Part shown: piece by piece, positions 1 to 14,237 of the stretch
Layout: each line of letters starts with the position of its first letter
How positions within the stretch are numbered: position 1 is the first letter of the stretch
Assembly: GCA_010093605.1 (NCBI GenBank)
Contig: MU004191.1
Coordinates: 1,596,816 to 1,660,815, forward strand
DNA length: 64,000 nucleotides
Origin: Lophium mytilinum
Lineage: Eukaryota
Direction: 5' to 3'
Position numbers and translations under genes: made by a program
The notes under the pieces: model-generated
The model's database searches: none
What the model was told of the DNA's origin: nothing
What the model saw: only the letters and a program-made list of their open reading frames with translations

Positions 1-301
1 CGCGGAGGAAGGACTGCAATTTGTTGAAGATAGAGGAGCCATTGGGGAGGAACAGCGGCGATCCGGGGCTGTATGGTGAGGTTAGGAAAAGGTCCTGGGT
101 TTGGGCGAAAGTGCGATGGTCCACTGGGGGGGTGGGAGGGTCGTTCGTAGTGGGATTTAAGGTCGGGGGTGCTGTCTTTGGCACTGAACAGGAGCACCAC
201 CGAGTTGACTGCGTAATAACCCTAGTGCGTCCATGTTGATTTCGTAGCCGTATGTAGCGCGATACGTGAGAAAGGGAAAGTGGAGGGCGGAGGGACAGCA
301 T
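1..301 (-). CDS. MST1: Mitochondrial threonyl-tRNA synthetase, 5' part (continues beyond window start)
   Basis: Manual translation from ATG at 301 gives MLSLRPPLSLSHVSRYIRLRNQHGRTRV...DHRTFAQTQDLFLTSPYSPGSPLFLPNGSSIFNKLQSFLR. This is an Arg-rich, acid-free presequence followed by the ThrRS core start (DHR..LF..SPGSP.FLPNG..I.NKL). Not in the ORF track because it is truncated. Confidence 0.88.
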   Translation of the reverse strand, partial: MLSLRPPLSLSHVSRYIRLRNQHGRTRVITQSTRWCSCSVPKTAPPTLNPTTNDPPTPPVDHRTFAQTQDLFLTSPYSPGSPLFLPNGSSIFNKLQSFLR

Positions 302-932
302 CGAGGTTGATGAAGCCTGCGAACGTTGGCCGTGATATTTGCTTGGCGAGATGGCGTTCTATATATTCCGTTCCAGGTTTAGCGTGATATCTTTCACCCG
401 TTGCACATCAAAGACATAATTCACAATTATCAGGCTGAATAATGTCAAGATGCCCTATAAGTCAATTCACTGTAGCTATAGCCCGTTTCCTCTTCTGTAG
501 CTGACATTCCCCTAATCGTTGATAGGAAATAGCGGAAGTATCAAAGCAGTGTGTGCACTCGACTAGTACAGTCCTAGGCCACAAGTTTGGGCACACGGAC
601 TCGGCCCCAATTTGCCCATTCAACATCACTGTGGGGGTAGCCTGGCTGCTGAGCAGGCAATTAGTCAAGAGGCAGAATAATCTGCACTGCTTGAAGCTTG
701 ACATCGCCATTGAGTCTTCGAAACCCTGTGGGGGTAGTTCTACCCCAAGCAGTGGCGCACCAGTGTGCCCAGACTTGTGGCGTGTCACTGTAAGTTAAAT
801 TATGTATATTCATATAGTATGAAAGTCTTTGAGTAGTATGAGCCTTATTTCCTCGTTGGTATCATAACGAATGTATCCAATATACTCGTTTTTGAAAGGC
901 TTACCCAGTAAAAAAGAAGACCATGACCCGAA

Positions 933-3488
933 TCAATCAACCAAGTTCTCCACCAAAACCCATACTATCCTCTCCGCGGCCTCCTCCCCTCCGGCAGCCC
1001 AAGGCCCCTTCCTACCCCACTTCAGTTCCCTCTTCTTATCCCTCCACTCCTTTCGCTTCTCTTGCTTGAGCAGCTTATGCTCCCTCTTTTTCGCACCCCA
1101 CTCTTCCTTCATCTTTCTCCGTCCCTCACGATCTGGCTTTCCAGCTGCCTTAAGTTCTCTCTTCTTTGTCCTGAGCTCTTTATTGAGCTCGCGCTTCTTA
1201 GCTTTCAGTTCCCTTTTCACAGCCCACCTTTCGCGCTTCCCCTCAATCTTCAGCTCCAGTGCTGTTTTCTGCGCTTGTGCTTTGGCGATGGCCGCGTCTC
1301 GCTCTCGGCTGATCTCTTCGGGTGACTTCTTGCCTTTCTCGGAAGCAGACGCGGCCTTCCCATTGATCTCGCGGACACGATTGACGAACACTTTCTCCGG
1401 GTCTTCAAAGTCCTCCTCGTCATCAGAAGAAGACGACGAGTCGCTGTCGCTATCGCTGCTATCGTCGTCGTCGTCTTCTGGCTTGACAGGATGAGCTTTT
1501 GGGGTTTCGGAGCCCACCACGCCTGTCTCCTGCCCTGGCACTGCCGTTTGTGTCGGGACATTAAGATCCACAAGCGGTGTCGTCCCTGGCTGCCCATATC
1601 CAGAGTTGGGGGTACCGTCCCTCGACCGGGAGCTGCCAGAGGCCTTCCTTCCAATTTCTTCTCCCCAAGCTCCAGCTTTCTTCCCAAAATCCTCACCCCA
1701 CTCTTCTGCTCTCTTTCCGAACTGTACTCCCCACACCTCTGCTGCCTTGCCAAATTCCTCTCCCCACTGACCCCATCTCTTCCCCATCTCGCCTCCCCAG
1801 TCTCCCCAGGACTGTCCTCCTCCACGTTGCTCCCGTGGATCCCCACGCTGCGGCCCACCGGGTCCGAAGAAGGGCATACCGCCTCGACCGGGCGAGCATT
1901 GGCCTCTCATTGGCGGCCCTTGACCTCGCCACGGTGGTCCTGCGCCCATCCACGGTGGTCCTCTCATGCCAGGTCCCCCAAATCCGGTACCCGGTCCAAA
2001 TCCTTGGCCAAGCCCGCCACGACCGCTCCAAGGCTGCAATGAACCCCTTCTATGAGGCTGAACACCTGAAAGGCCAGCTGGATGGAAGCCGGGGACAGGA
2101 GGGCCCGCGTGGTGGAAGCCAGCCATGGGGGGAATAGGATGGTGGAAGCCGGCCATAGGAGGGCCCGGTAGATGCAACCCCCCGATGGGGAGAGGGCCCC
2201 TGACAAAGAATTCTGCATCATCCACACTCGCTCGTGACGAAGCTTCCGCTTGTGCCCTCACTCGCTCGCCCATCGCCTGCAGTGCCAGCGTCGAGCTTGA
2301 AGGTTCGGGAATATCGAGCTCCAGACGCTCAATCCAAGGGTACAGCGCGTTTGCGTGTTGAGCGGCATCGGTGAAAGTGTCGAGAGCGCTGGCTACCGCG
2401 GCAGCCTTTTGGCCCTGGTCCGTGGGGATTTTGAGTGCTGAGATAAGGGAAGAGAGTGATGAAAGGCGAACCCGTAGGCCTCGAGGGGCGAAGAAAGTCT
2501 CGTTGCACCTAGCTATGTAGGTGTCCACGAGCGAAGTCGACGAACTGGTGGCGTTGTTTGTGGAGGAAGAAAGAAGTGATTCTGGTGTTGCTGCCGTAGA
2601 TGTACACAGAATGTTGAGGCCGTCGAGAAAGCAGGCGAACTCAGCTGGACGAATTGAGTGCGCATGCAACGCTTTGGCATAGGTTCGAAGAAATTGAGTT
2701 GGAAGAAGCCCCTGGTCTGCAGCTAGGGTCTCAGACGTCGAGTCCCTCGTGGAATCTTGTTGCCAGTGACTGCGTCGTCCGCGAGGCCCGCGTGGTCCAC
2801 CGCGGCGACCACGATGTCCATGACGACCGTGGCGACCATGATGGTCGTCATGGCCAGGAAGGGCAGCCGAGTTGTCAGAATCTGAAGGTGAGAGTCTTTC
2901 TTGCGGTATTGCGATCGTACGAGTAAGACGCGGAGCGTATTGAAGGTCTGCATCCGGGGCATGTTGAGTGAACTCCAGTGCTCGGTTCAGTAGCGCCGTT
3001 GAAGGATCAGGAGGCGAGCTGGGGATTTGATGGACGGGGATTTGAGTGCTCCCGGGAACTTCTATGACTGGGACTGTATTTCCAAACCGACCTGCATTCC
3101 TGGTAGACTGAGCATGACTGGCTTGAGGTGGCGTTGACTCTGGTATCGAGTAGTCCGGATCTGGAGCGGGATCAAGGACAAGTCGATGTACCTGTAGGTC
3201 GTTTGGACTGTGGGATGGGGGGCCATTTCGGGCTTGCTCGAGTGCTTGAGCCTGTGCCTGCTCGTATGATGGGGGCAAGTCATCATAATCAGGGCCGCCG
3301 GGGCTATGAAGTGGTGTGTGTTCGACGTGATCGAACTCGGAATCAGAGTCGTCGGGAAAGGTCGAAGAGCGAGGCGTGAAGACGCGATTCGATCGACTAT
3401 TTTCTGTCCCGGCGGGAGAGAGTGGTGGCTGAGAGTGGTTTGGTGGATTTGGGTCGTCCATGAGAGATGTTGAGCCTTTTTCAGCCAT
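933..3488 (-). CDS. Uncharacterised 851-aa low-complexity fungal protein (PPxY motif, Gly/His/Trp repeats, acidic tract, Lys/Glu coiled-coil C-terminus)
   Basis: Long uninterrupted ORF with LPPSYEQ, a globular-looking core (IAIPQ...FLRTYAKAL...FLDGLN...NETFFAPRGL) and a C-terminal ERIVWVLVENL. Confidence 0.85.
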   Translation of the reverse strand: MAEKGSTSLMDDPNPPNHSQPPLSPAGTENSRSNRVFTPRSSTFPDDSDSEFDHVEHTPLHSPGGPDYDDLPPSYEQAQAQALEQARNGPPSHSPNDLQVHRLVLDPAPDPDYSIPESTPPQASHAQSTRNAGRFGNTVPVIEVPGSTQIPVHQIPSSPPDPSTALLNRALEFTQHAPDADLQYAPRLTRTIAIPQERLSPSDSDNSAALPGHDDHHGRHGRHGHRGRRGGPRGPRGRRSHWQQDSTRDSTSETLAADQGLLPTQFLRTYAKALHAHSIRPAEFACFLDGLNILCTSTAATPESLLSSSTNNATSSSTSLVDTYIARCNETFFAPRGLRVRLSSLSSLISALKIPTDQGQKAAAVASALDTFTDAAQHANALYPWIERLELDIPEPSSSTLALQAMGERVRAQAEASSRASVDDAEFFVRGPLPIGGLHLPGPPMAGFHHPIPPMAGFHHAGPPVPGFHPAGLSGVQPHRRGSLQPWSGRGGLGQGFGPGTGFGGPGMRGPPWMGAGPPWRGQGPPMRGQCSPGRGGMPFFGPGGPQRGDPREQRGGGQSWGDWGGEMGKRWGQWGEEFGKAAEVWGVQFGKRAEEWGEDFGKKAGAWGEEIGRKASGSSRSRDGTPNSGYGQPGTTPLVDLNVPTQTAVPGQETGVVGSETPKAHPVKPEDDDDDSSDSDSDSSSSSDDEEDFEDPEKVFVNRVREINGKAASASEKGKKSPEEISRERDAAIAKAQAQKTALELKIEGKRERWAVKRELKAKKRELNKELRTKKRELKAAGKPDREGRRKMKEEWGAKKREHKLLKQEKRKEWRDKKRELKWGRKGPWAAGGEEAAERIVWVLVENLVD

Positions 3489-4458
3489 CTTCTCAAAGTT
3501 TAACAGGTACTAATAAAGAAAAATTGACCAGTAGGGATGAAATAGTAGATGGTTGATTTCGTGATCGACTTCAAGTTACTTTGCTCTCGCGATGGCAGGC
3601 AACGTCGAAGATGATAGTATATGACCGAGGGAGTAACGGAACAGCAGAGGCAGAGGATGAAGAGATAATACTTATACTATCAGCTGGCTTTCTTCGTCGT
3701 CACGATCGATGCAGCATCTGGATAGGATTGGCCGTGTAGATGAAGGAAGGTTGTTGCCTTGCCGCAGCCGCGTCAGCGAGCTACCTGTCCACCTCGGACT
3801 CTCGTAAAGTGTTAAAGCCCGATGTAGAGCTACTCAACCACCGGCCGCAATATAAGCTCCGTTGCTCAGTCAAGCTTGAAACTCGAAGGGAATATGATTC
3901 CACACGATGTGATTAAATGATACTATCCAATTGCACAGCTCAAGACTATGATGCCTCAGGCACCGATATAGAATTCCCAACATCCAGAGCATGTCTGGCG
4001 TGGAGGTGGGAAGACATGCAGGGTATCCTACGCCACTCCGCGCGTACTTCGCTAAGGGCAGTGTCCAATTGCGATGCCTCTCTGTGAATGTGGTAGCACA
4101 ACGCCAGCTGTTGACGGCATTGGATGACATTTGGAGACGTCGAGCTCACACTTCCGGTGACCTATCTACAAACCGGAATTACGAATGCCCCCTCGCACCT
4201 ACTGTGTCTCTGGCAGCATCAAAGCTTGAGGCATTGAAAACGCTCAAGCCTTCTATTTGTTCCACACATTAGCATGTTGTGCGCCCCTATGGATTAGCCG
4301 CTTATCATGACTGCGTCATGGTGCTCTCGCATCGTCCTTGGCACGCCCTTGTGTCAACCTCGTAAACAGATAAATATATAGTAGTTGTTGCACACTTTCT
4401 TTGAACTCTCGTCTAATGATATACTTCTTGATACACTCAAATATATAAATAAGCGCAA

Positions 4459-5131
4459 ATGTCATCCACATTAATCTCAAAGGAACTCTCCGGCGGTTGC
4501 CTGTGTGGTGCCGTTCGTTTCACCGTTACCTATTCGGAGGACACAAAGCGGCCAATAACAGGCGTAAGTGGGCAAAGAAACACGGTGAATGGTGACTGAC
4601 AACCTCGCAGTGGACTTCATCCTGCCAGGTGACATAACTCATATCAGCAAAATAGCCAGGTGCTGAACGTTCTAGTGTACGATGTGTAGGAAGCAAACAG
4701 GCAGCTTGGTTCCACAGATCTGTGCCTTCTCTACAGCCAGCATCTCGCCGCCACTTAAGAACAGTCCGGCATACAAAACGTACAAGTCGTCGCCATCTGT
4801 AGACCGCGGCTTCTGCGGTACTTGTGGCAGTCCCATGACGTTCAATGACGAGAAAGAAGCCGAGTACACCGACATATTCGTGGGTGTCTTTGATGAGGAT
4901 GTCCTCTTAGGGAAGCGGGACGAAGCCAATGCTTGGGAGGACGAGTATGGACGCCATGTTCCCCGAGTTGGAGGCTTCGGCAAGGAGCTGTGTGCAGCAA
5001 AGGAGCATCTGTTCTTGGAGAACTCGATTCCAGGGCTGACTGACGATTTGCCGGGCAAGAAGTGGCTGGCAAACAGGCCTGACGGGAACGCGTTTACCAG
5101 CAAATTGTCTGACTTTGCACGGCCTAGTTAG
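4459..5131 (+). CDS. GFA / Mss4-like (CENP-V/GFA) Zn-binding protein
   Basis: Exons 4459-4563, 4611-4628 and 4676-5131 splice in frame. They give the GFA Cys pattern GGCLCGAVRF...SCQCTMCRK...RGFCGTCGS. Confidence 0.88.
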
Positions 5132-5627
5132 TGGAGAATGAATGTGTCTTGCTCGTCTATCGTAGAGCCACTGATGCGGTCGAGGCTGTCCATATATGCC
5201 CCCACCGATCTGCCTTGACACATGCCGGAGTAATGACTCGGATCGGATGAAGGGTGAAGACAGGTGCGTCCAAAAGCTAGCGGCTGGAGCGTTCCGAAGC
5301 TCCCACTAGAACCATGGGCGGCAGATGTCTGCTCCGTGCAAAAGGATGAATAGCGCCAAAGGAGGAAAAAAACAGCGCCCCTGGCCCGGCTTGGAGGTGT
5401 GGGCGGTCAGCGCGAAGAGGCTGTGGGGGATGCTGCAGATTGAATTCTGCGTGCTGTGTGTGGCTGGCAAGTGCAGGCAAGCTGCAAGAAAATTCGGTCT
5501 CGCACACCTTTTCCCCGCGTTGCCGCCGCACTGCTTTGATCGCCGGCAGGACCGTGGGCGTTTCCAAGCAAGCCGATCTCGCCGGTGCGACATCATCCAC
5601 CTGCTCTCGAGCAATTTTTGTCGACAG

Positions 5628-5633
5628 TGACTC
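5628..5633 (+). promoter_or_regulatory. Putative CpcA/Gcn4 site (TGACTC) upstream of homocitrate synthase; second copy at 5234-5239
   Basis: TGACTC lies about 170 nt and about 560 nt upstream of the ATG of an amino-acid biosynthesis gene. The motif is short, so function is inferred. Confidence 0.45.
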
Positions 5634-5798
5634 TTACCTCCCAAGCCCTTCAAAACCTCACCCTCCCCCACCCACACTCCCAACCTTCATCCATCTCGCC
5701 TCGACTACGCACCACTTGCGACCTGCCCATCTACTCTCCCCAACTACCCTCCACATCACATCGCTTGCAACTCTTCGCAAGCGCCTCAACAACAAAGG

Positions 5799-7732
<1,934 letters not shown>

Positions 7733-8117
7733 GGACGATACCCGGGCCCATCATATTCCAGTGCGTATTTTGATTTTGTGCAAAATTCTTCCATTTCAAA
7801 GGTGTTATGTTTGGGGATTTGGCTTGGTATTGCATATGCTCCGGGTTTCGGAAAAGTCCTTTAGCCTGATATCTCAGGCATAATCGAGGAAAACGGCTTC
7901 AGGCAGTTATCATTGTCGGAAAAAGGGGGGCGATTGCAGAGGTAAAACATAGCCATCAGCTAGGACACAACAAATATACACAAAAGTACAGTCCACCTAG
8001 ACATGAAGCGTGGCGTGTTTCAGAACGCGTCTTATGCTACTCAAAGCCAGAAAGGAGCTAATTGAATCTCTGAAAACGCCACATGGAAGGAAAATTCACG
8101 TTTATACAACTTACTAC

Positions 8118-9131
8118 CTAATCATCCCGAAACATCTCCACCAACTCCGCCGCCGCTTCCGCATACATCGCGTCCTTCTTCCCATCCCGCCCCCTAAACG
8201 TCGGTTGCTTATCCCACGCATGATCCACCCCCTCAATCATCCGCCCCTTAACCGTCTTCCCCAGCCCAACAAGCCTCCTCCGAAACGCCTCCCCTTCCGC
8301 ATACAGCTGATCCCACTCACACGTAAAAATCGCAATCCTCGCCGGCAACCCCTCCCGCAGCACCCCCTCCCCCGCCAGCCCGGGCGACACATACACGCCC
8401 GCCAAATCCACCCCCTCGCGCGGATACAGATACGCCTCATCGAACAACTTAAACAACCCATCCGGCGCACCCCTCCCCACCGGCTTCGTCGCCGACCTAT
8501 TCGACGCGCGCCGCTGCTCGCGCGTCTGCGCATAGTTCGTCGGCGGGTAGAACGCGACGATCCCCGCCAGCGTCTTCGAGATTCTAGACGCGCTCTCCCC
8601 CCGCTTGCGGAGCTCGGCAGCGAGGCGCAGCGCGACGGTGAAAGCGAGGTTGCCGCCGGCGCTGGCGCCGCTGAGGACGATGCGGGCGGGGTCGAGGCCG
8701 TAGGCAGCGCCGTGGGCAAGCAGCCACAGGATGGCGTCGACGCCGTCTTCGACGGCGGCGGGGAAGGGGTGCTCCGGGGCGAGGCGGTAGGCGACGCCGA
8801 TGAGGACGGCGGAGGCGGTGGTGGCGGCGGTGGCCCAGCGGGCGTCGTTGTTGGGGCTGCCGAGGGTGAAGCCGCCGCCGTGGAAGTTGAGGACGATGGG
8901 GAGGGGTCGGGCGGAGGGTTTGAGGGGGTGGAAGGAGGCAGGGCCGTAGAAGAGGAGGGGGATTTTGTGGGGGGTGGCGGAGATGGTGGAGGGGATGGAG
9001 AGGGTGTGTTTGGGGGTGGAGGCGGGGAATTGGCCGGCGGATGAGAGGCGGCGTTCGAGGAAGGAGAGGAGGGTGATGAGTTGGCGAAGGAGGAGGGCTT
9101 GGAGGCGTAGGAGGAGGCGGGATGAAGCCAT
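8118..9131 (-). CDS. Alpha/beta hydrolase, hormone-sensitive-lipase family esterase
   Basis: HGGGF oxyanion motif, YRLAPEHPFPAAVED, GASAGG nucleophile elbow, then D (CEWDQL) and H (VDHAW). First ATG at 9131; intronless. Confidence 0.92.
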   Translation of the reverse strand: MASSRLLLRLQALLLRQLITLLSFLERRLSSAGQFPASTPKHTLSIPSTISATPHKIPLLFYGPASFHPLKPSARPLPIVLNFHGGGFTLGSPNNDARWATAATTASAVLIGVAYRLAPEHPFPAAVEDGVDAILWLLAHGAAYGLDPARIVLSGASAGGNLAFTVALRLAAELRKRGESASRISKTLAGIVAFYPPTNYAQTREQRRASNRSATKPVGRGAPDGLFKLFDEAYLYPREGVDLAGVYVSPGLAGEGVLREGLPARIAIFTCEWDQLYAEGEAFRRRLVGLGKTVKGRMIEGVDHAWDKQPTFRGRDGKKDAMYAEAAAELVEMFRDD

Positions 9132-10264
9132 GATTGCGGACTGATGATGGGAGGGCTGGGGAAAGAGGGGATTCTTGAGGTGCGGGAAGGAGATCTTATG
9201 GAGCAAGAGGAAGTATCTCCCTTCTCTCTGGGATACGTATCAGCTCCTGTAGCTCGAGTTATATCTTGCTGTAGAATTACAAATGCGGAACTTTGAGCTT
9301 CCGATTCGATTGGAATCCACCAACAGCATCCGTGATAAGGTCCCCTTTGAGCACTTTGCTCGGGCAAGATGCGGCGGACTAACCCCAGAAATTCTATACG
9401 AGGAGAGCGAGAGTCGAGAAAGGGAAACAGACTGAAATTATAAAGAAAGCCAGGCGGTAGTGTTTGTTATCGGAAGAAAAGGCAGGGGCCAAGAAGAGGA
9501 AAATGGCTGGAGGAGAAAAGCAGATCTAACAATATTTCAGAGAATTGTGTTCGCTCGGATGGCTCGGTTCCGGGTCACTATTATACAGATTGTCCAGAGC
9601 TGGCCCACATGGTACACCTTCGGCGGGCGGCGGACGTCGTTGAACATAAGTGGCAGTCTATTCCATCCAACTCTGTTTGAGGTGGCGAAAGAGTTATCAG
9701 GTGTGTTATAGTTGTCGGTTCTGCTTCACAGTAGGGGCCCCAAGCGGTCCAGGTACTTTGGAATAACCCAGAACGGAAGTGTATGTAAGTACCGGAAGGA
9801 TAGAATGAGAGCACAGATGCGTAGACTGCCACTTCTGCTCAGCAGACCCCTGGGCGGGGTGATATCGAAGCTACCTTTGTATATTAGTGACTGGGTGACA
9901 AGCCAATATCTGAATGAGCCTAGAACACAAGAGCTCTGAAACGGTCATAGCGCCGTTCGCGGGGCAGAGTATTGTCCTTCGCCACTGTCTCTGCAACAAC
10001 AAAAGGCTAGAAGATAGAAGAAATCTGACAAGACCGTGTAAATACCATCCTACCCCAATTTCTCAAGGACTTCTATTGTCTCGAAGGCCTGCGGACGTTT
10101 CACTCCCCCGTAACACGGACCTTCGACATCGGCCGCCTCGCCCATTCACAGCCATCGCGTTTCACCGCCTTGGTCCTGCAGGGGAGTCCGACGGACATTT
10201 AATTCCTACCCAAACCTACAACACCTCGCTCGCCAAACACTCAAATCCTCGAGCTACCGCAATC

Positions 10265-11255
<991 letters not shown>

Positions 11256-13226
11256 AGGTGCATCAACATACCCAATTCACTTCGGCTAGGCATGTATGTT
11301 ATTTGGGAGCGGAGTTGATTCCTGTGGATGAGGCGCGGCAATGGCAGAGAGGGTGGCACTGAACTACCATCGGGACAGCCTGCAGGACAGCATCTCTCGC
11401 GCAGACGATAGCTGCAACTGATGAGAATGGGTAATGCCGAGAGAAGTCGTGCAAGCCTGTCACAGCAATGGATAGCTCTGAATAACATGGTTTCTCAGTT
11501 TCATGTCTTGGTCAATCAGACGCCCGCGATCTGTACCAGGGCTGCAAGGCGTAGCCTGCTAGTCATGGAGGTACCCTTGGCTTTATCGCCCTGCATGCAT
11601 CCTATCGGTATGCCTTTTCGTGACCAACAGCGTGGGCTGGGATCAGCGAGCTGCACCTCTGGATGAACAGTTCCGCCCTGCGAGCCAGCGTATGCGAACA
11701 GCCGTCACACAGTGAATTGGCAACACAGACGGGTGAAGTCCCTGCCGGCAGATCTGCCAGGCCTGTCACCTCCAGATTCTGCGACTTCGAAAGAAGGGCC
11801 CCTCACCGTTCCCAGGGTCATCATGGTGAGCGTAGCGTGGTCCGAGAACCCTGCTGCTCGGCTATCCGGCTTGTCTATTCACAGGAGGTCCTTCCGATGC
11901 ACGTGACGCACCCCACACTCTCACACCTCGCGGCAAGGCGGGCTCCGACGAGCCTCCTGGACTCCGACGACTGGCCAAGCGCTCTCCGGCAACACGAGAT
12001 GCATCCTTCAGCTCATGGCGATGCATGCACTGCTGGAGCTAGCTCCGTCTCACCAGCACCCGAACAGCTCGCCCTGCCGAAGTCAAGACAGCACGGCGGC
12101 CACTGGATGCGCGAATTGAGTGCTGCTCGTGCCGGATACTGGTGGCAACAAGAGCCCTTAAGCTGATCCTGATCAAGGTAGGTCTCAGCGGGAGGTGTGC
12201 ATGGATGGCCTCCACCTTTGGCGCGAGAGGTGTAGTGGCCGTTGCAAGGACAAGCACTTATATCAGAGCCACCTCCCCCCATTTCTGTACCCTCTCGCAA
12301 ACCGACCACTCTCACGCTGCGGAACCTTCGTCGTCATCACTTCGCTCCCCGTTACATCCAATCCTTCCCACCCCCACGACGCACGGGAACCCCGCTGCAG
12401 CCGTCCTTGCCTACCAGACCCCTTCTCCGCTGCCTCTCCGCACCTCACTGCCAAGTCAGAGGACGCTTTGCTATCAGCCAGAGTCTTGTGACGATCCGGA
12501 AGGCACGAAAAAGCAAGACGCAATAGACGCGCGGAGCCAAACAAAGCTCGGCCTGTGGTCATCCTAAGCCGAAGTTGCAGCTCCTCAATAAAGCATCCAG
12601 CATCCTCCTCCTCTGCTCGTCCCTCTGCATTCCGAACGAGCCGCATACATCACCCTACTTCGTGTCCCCCGTCTGCCATTCACGGCCTCCCACCTGTCCG
12701 CCCGCCCATTGATGTCGGTTGATATACGCCAAGCCCTTACATCATTGCGATTTCCTTCTCGAGTCGAAACCGTCTCGAGATCGCAGTTGTCTAAAGTCCA
12801 CACTGGTGACAATACCAGACCTGCCAAACCCAATCATTAAGCGAGGCATTTGCACGTCCTTGTCATTCTAAATTGATAAAGGTATACTATTGCCTGCCTA
12901 CTACTACCACTAGCCTGGCAGTTTATACGACTCTGGCTCTTGTGACTGTGGACACGGCCACACATTTCTACATTCAACGTCAAGACTAACAGGACCAGAA
13001 TTACAACACGCGTGATCTGAACTGAGCATCACAGGTTGCCTCACTTGTGAAAATTACAGCTCTCGTTCAAGTGACGTTTGTAAAGAACGTTGGCTGGCGC
13101 TTGTGCCTTTTGTCCGTCGCCATCAATCACGCTGGCTCGATACACAACTCTCCCAATCTTTAAACGCAGCGGCAGAGCCCACCGAAACACTAGTAGAGCC
13201 CATTGCGTACGAAGTAGACCGCAATC

Positions 13227-14237
13227 ATGGATAAGACACTCGCAGCTGCTGGCATCGCCATCGTTGGGCATCAGCATCAGAAACCAGCCATGAGCGGCAA
13301 TAACGCGAATGCTGTTCCTGTACCCGCGAAGGGCCAGGGCGTAAATCATGAGGGAAACGTTCCCGTCACTTTCAGAATCGTGCAGCAGAAGGGCCAAGCG
13401 GCTGCTTCCCATGCTCATGCTCAGACTCACGCTGTTGCTGTCCCGACGGCGACGGCTGACAAGGACATTCATATTGTCAAGCCTGAGGAGTACAAGGAAG
13501 CAGCTGCGTGCCTAGCTGAAGCGTTTGCTGAAGACGATGTCGCCCGCTACTTCATTGACGTCCCGGACCGTGAGCATTGGTCCGAGGCGGACAAGTGGCA
13601 GCTCCATGTTGACATTCTCGAGTACGTGACTTACGCGCATTGCCTCAAGGGACTCGTGACTACGGTAGGCGAGGGATATGGTGCCGTTGCGCTTTGGTAG
13701 GTCGAGGTTCTGATTTCCCTTGAATTCTCAGTAGTCCCACGCGGAATTCATTCATGGTACCATGGTCGTACCATGTGATAGTTCCCTTAATGAAAGCAAG
13801 CTGACATGTCCAACAGGATGCCCCCCGGCAAGAACATGGACGACTTTATGACCATCCTCCGCAGCGGCATGTGGCGTCTAAATTACAAACTCTCCGCCGA
13901 GGGCAAAAGACGTTTCTTCAACGAGTTCCTCCCCCTCCTCCACGATACTAAGCACGGTGTCCTCGGTGACCGTGACGATGCGTCCTGGTATCTTGTTTAC
14001 CTTGGCACCCGTCCCAGCGCGCGCGGTAAAGGGTTTGCCCGCAAGCTAGTGGAGCACGTGACCAAAGACGCGGATCGTGATGGGCTGCCGTGCTACTTGG
14101 AGAGCAGCAATCCCGTGAATCCTGCGATCTACCGCAAGCTGGGGTTTGAGGAGAAACGCAGGATTCACTTGCAAAGGGCGGAGAAGAACGTGGAGCTGGA
14201 TATTATGGTCAGGGAGCCGGTAGGGATGAGAGAATGA
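13227..14237 (+). CDS. GNAT-family N-acetyltransferase
   Basis: AAACLAEAF..D, VALW|MPPG, WYLVYLGTRPSARGKG (acetyl-CoA motif A) and YLESSNPVNPAIYRKLGF. Intron 13697-13816. An alternative ATG lies near 13290. Confidence 0.92.

Noticed and set aside
8010..9367. Long overlapping ORFs 8010-9044(+) and 8237-9367(-)
   Set aside because: Shadow frames of the GC-skewed esterase gene; low-complexity products with no motifs.
13720..13780. Palindromes in the GNAT intron (CATGGTACCATG, two GAATTC)
   Set aside because: Short, and no recognisable riboswitch or snoRNA box arrangement.
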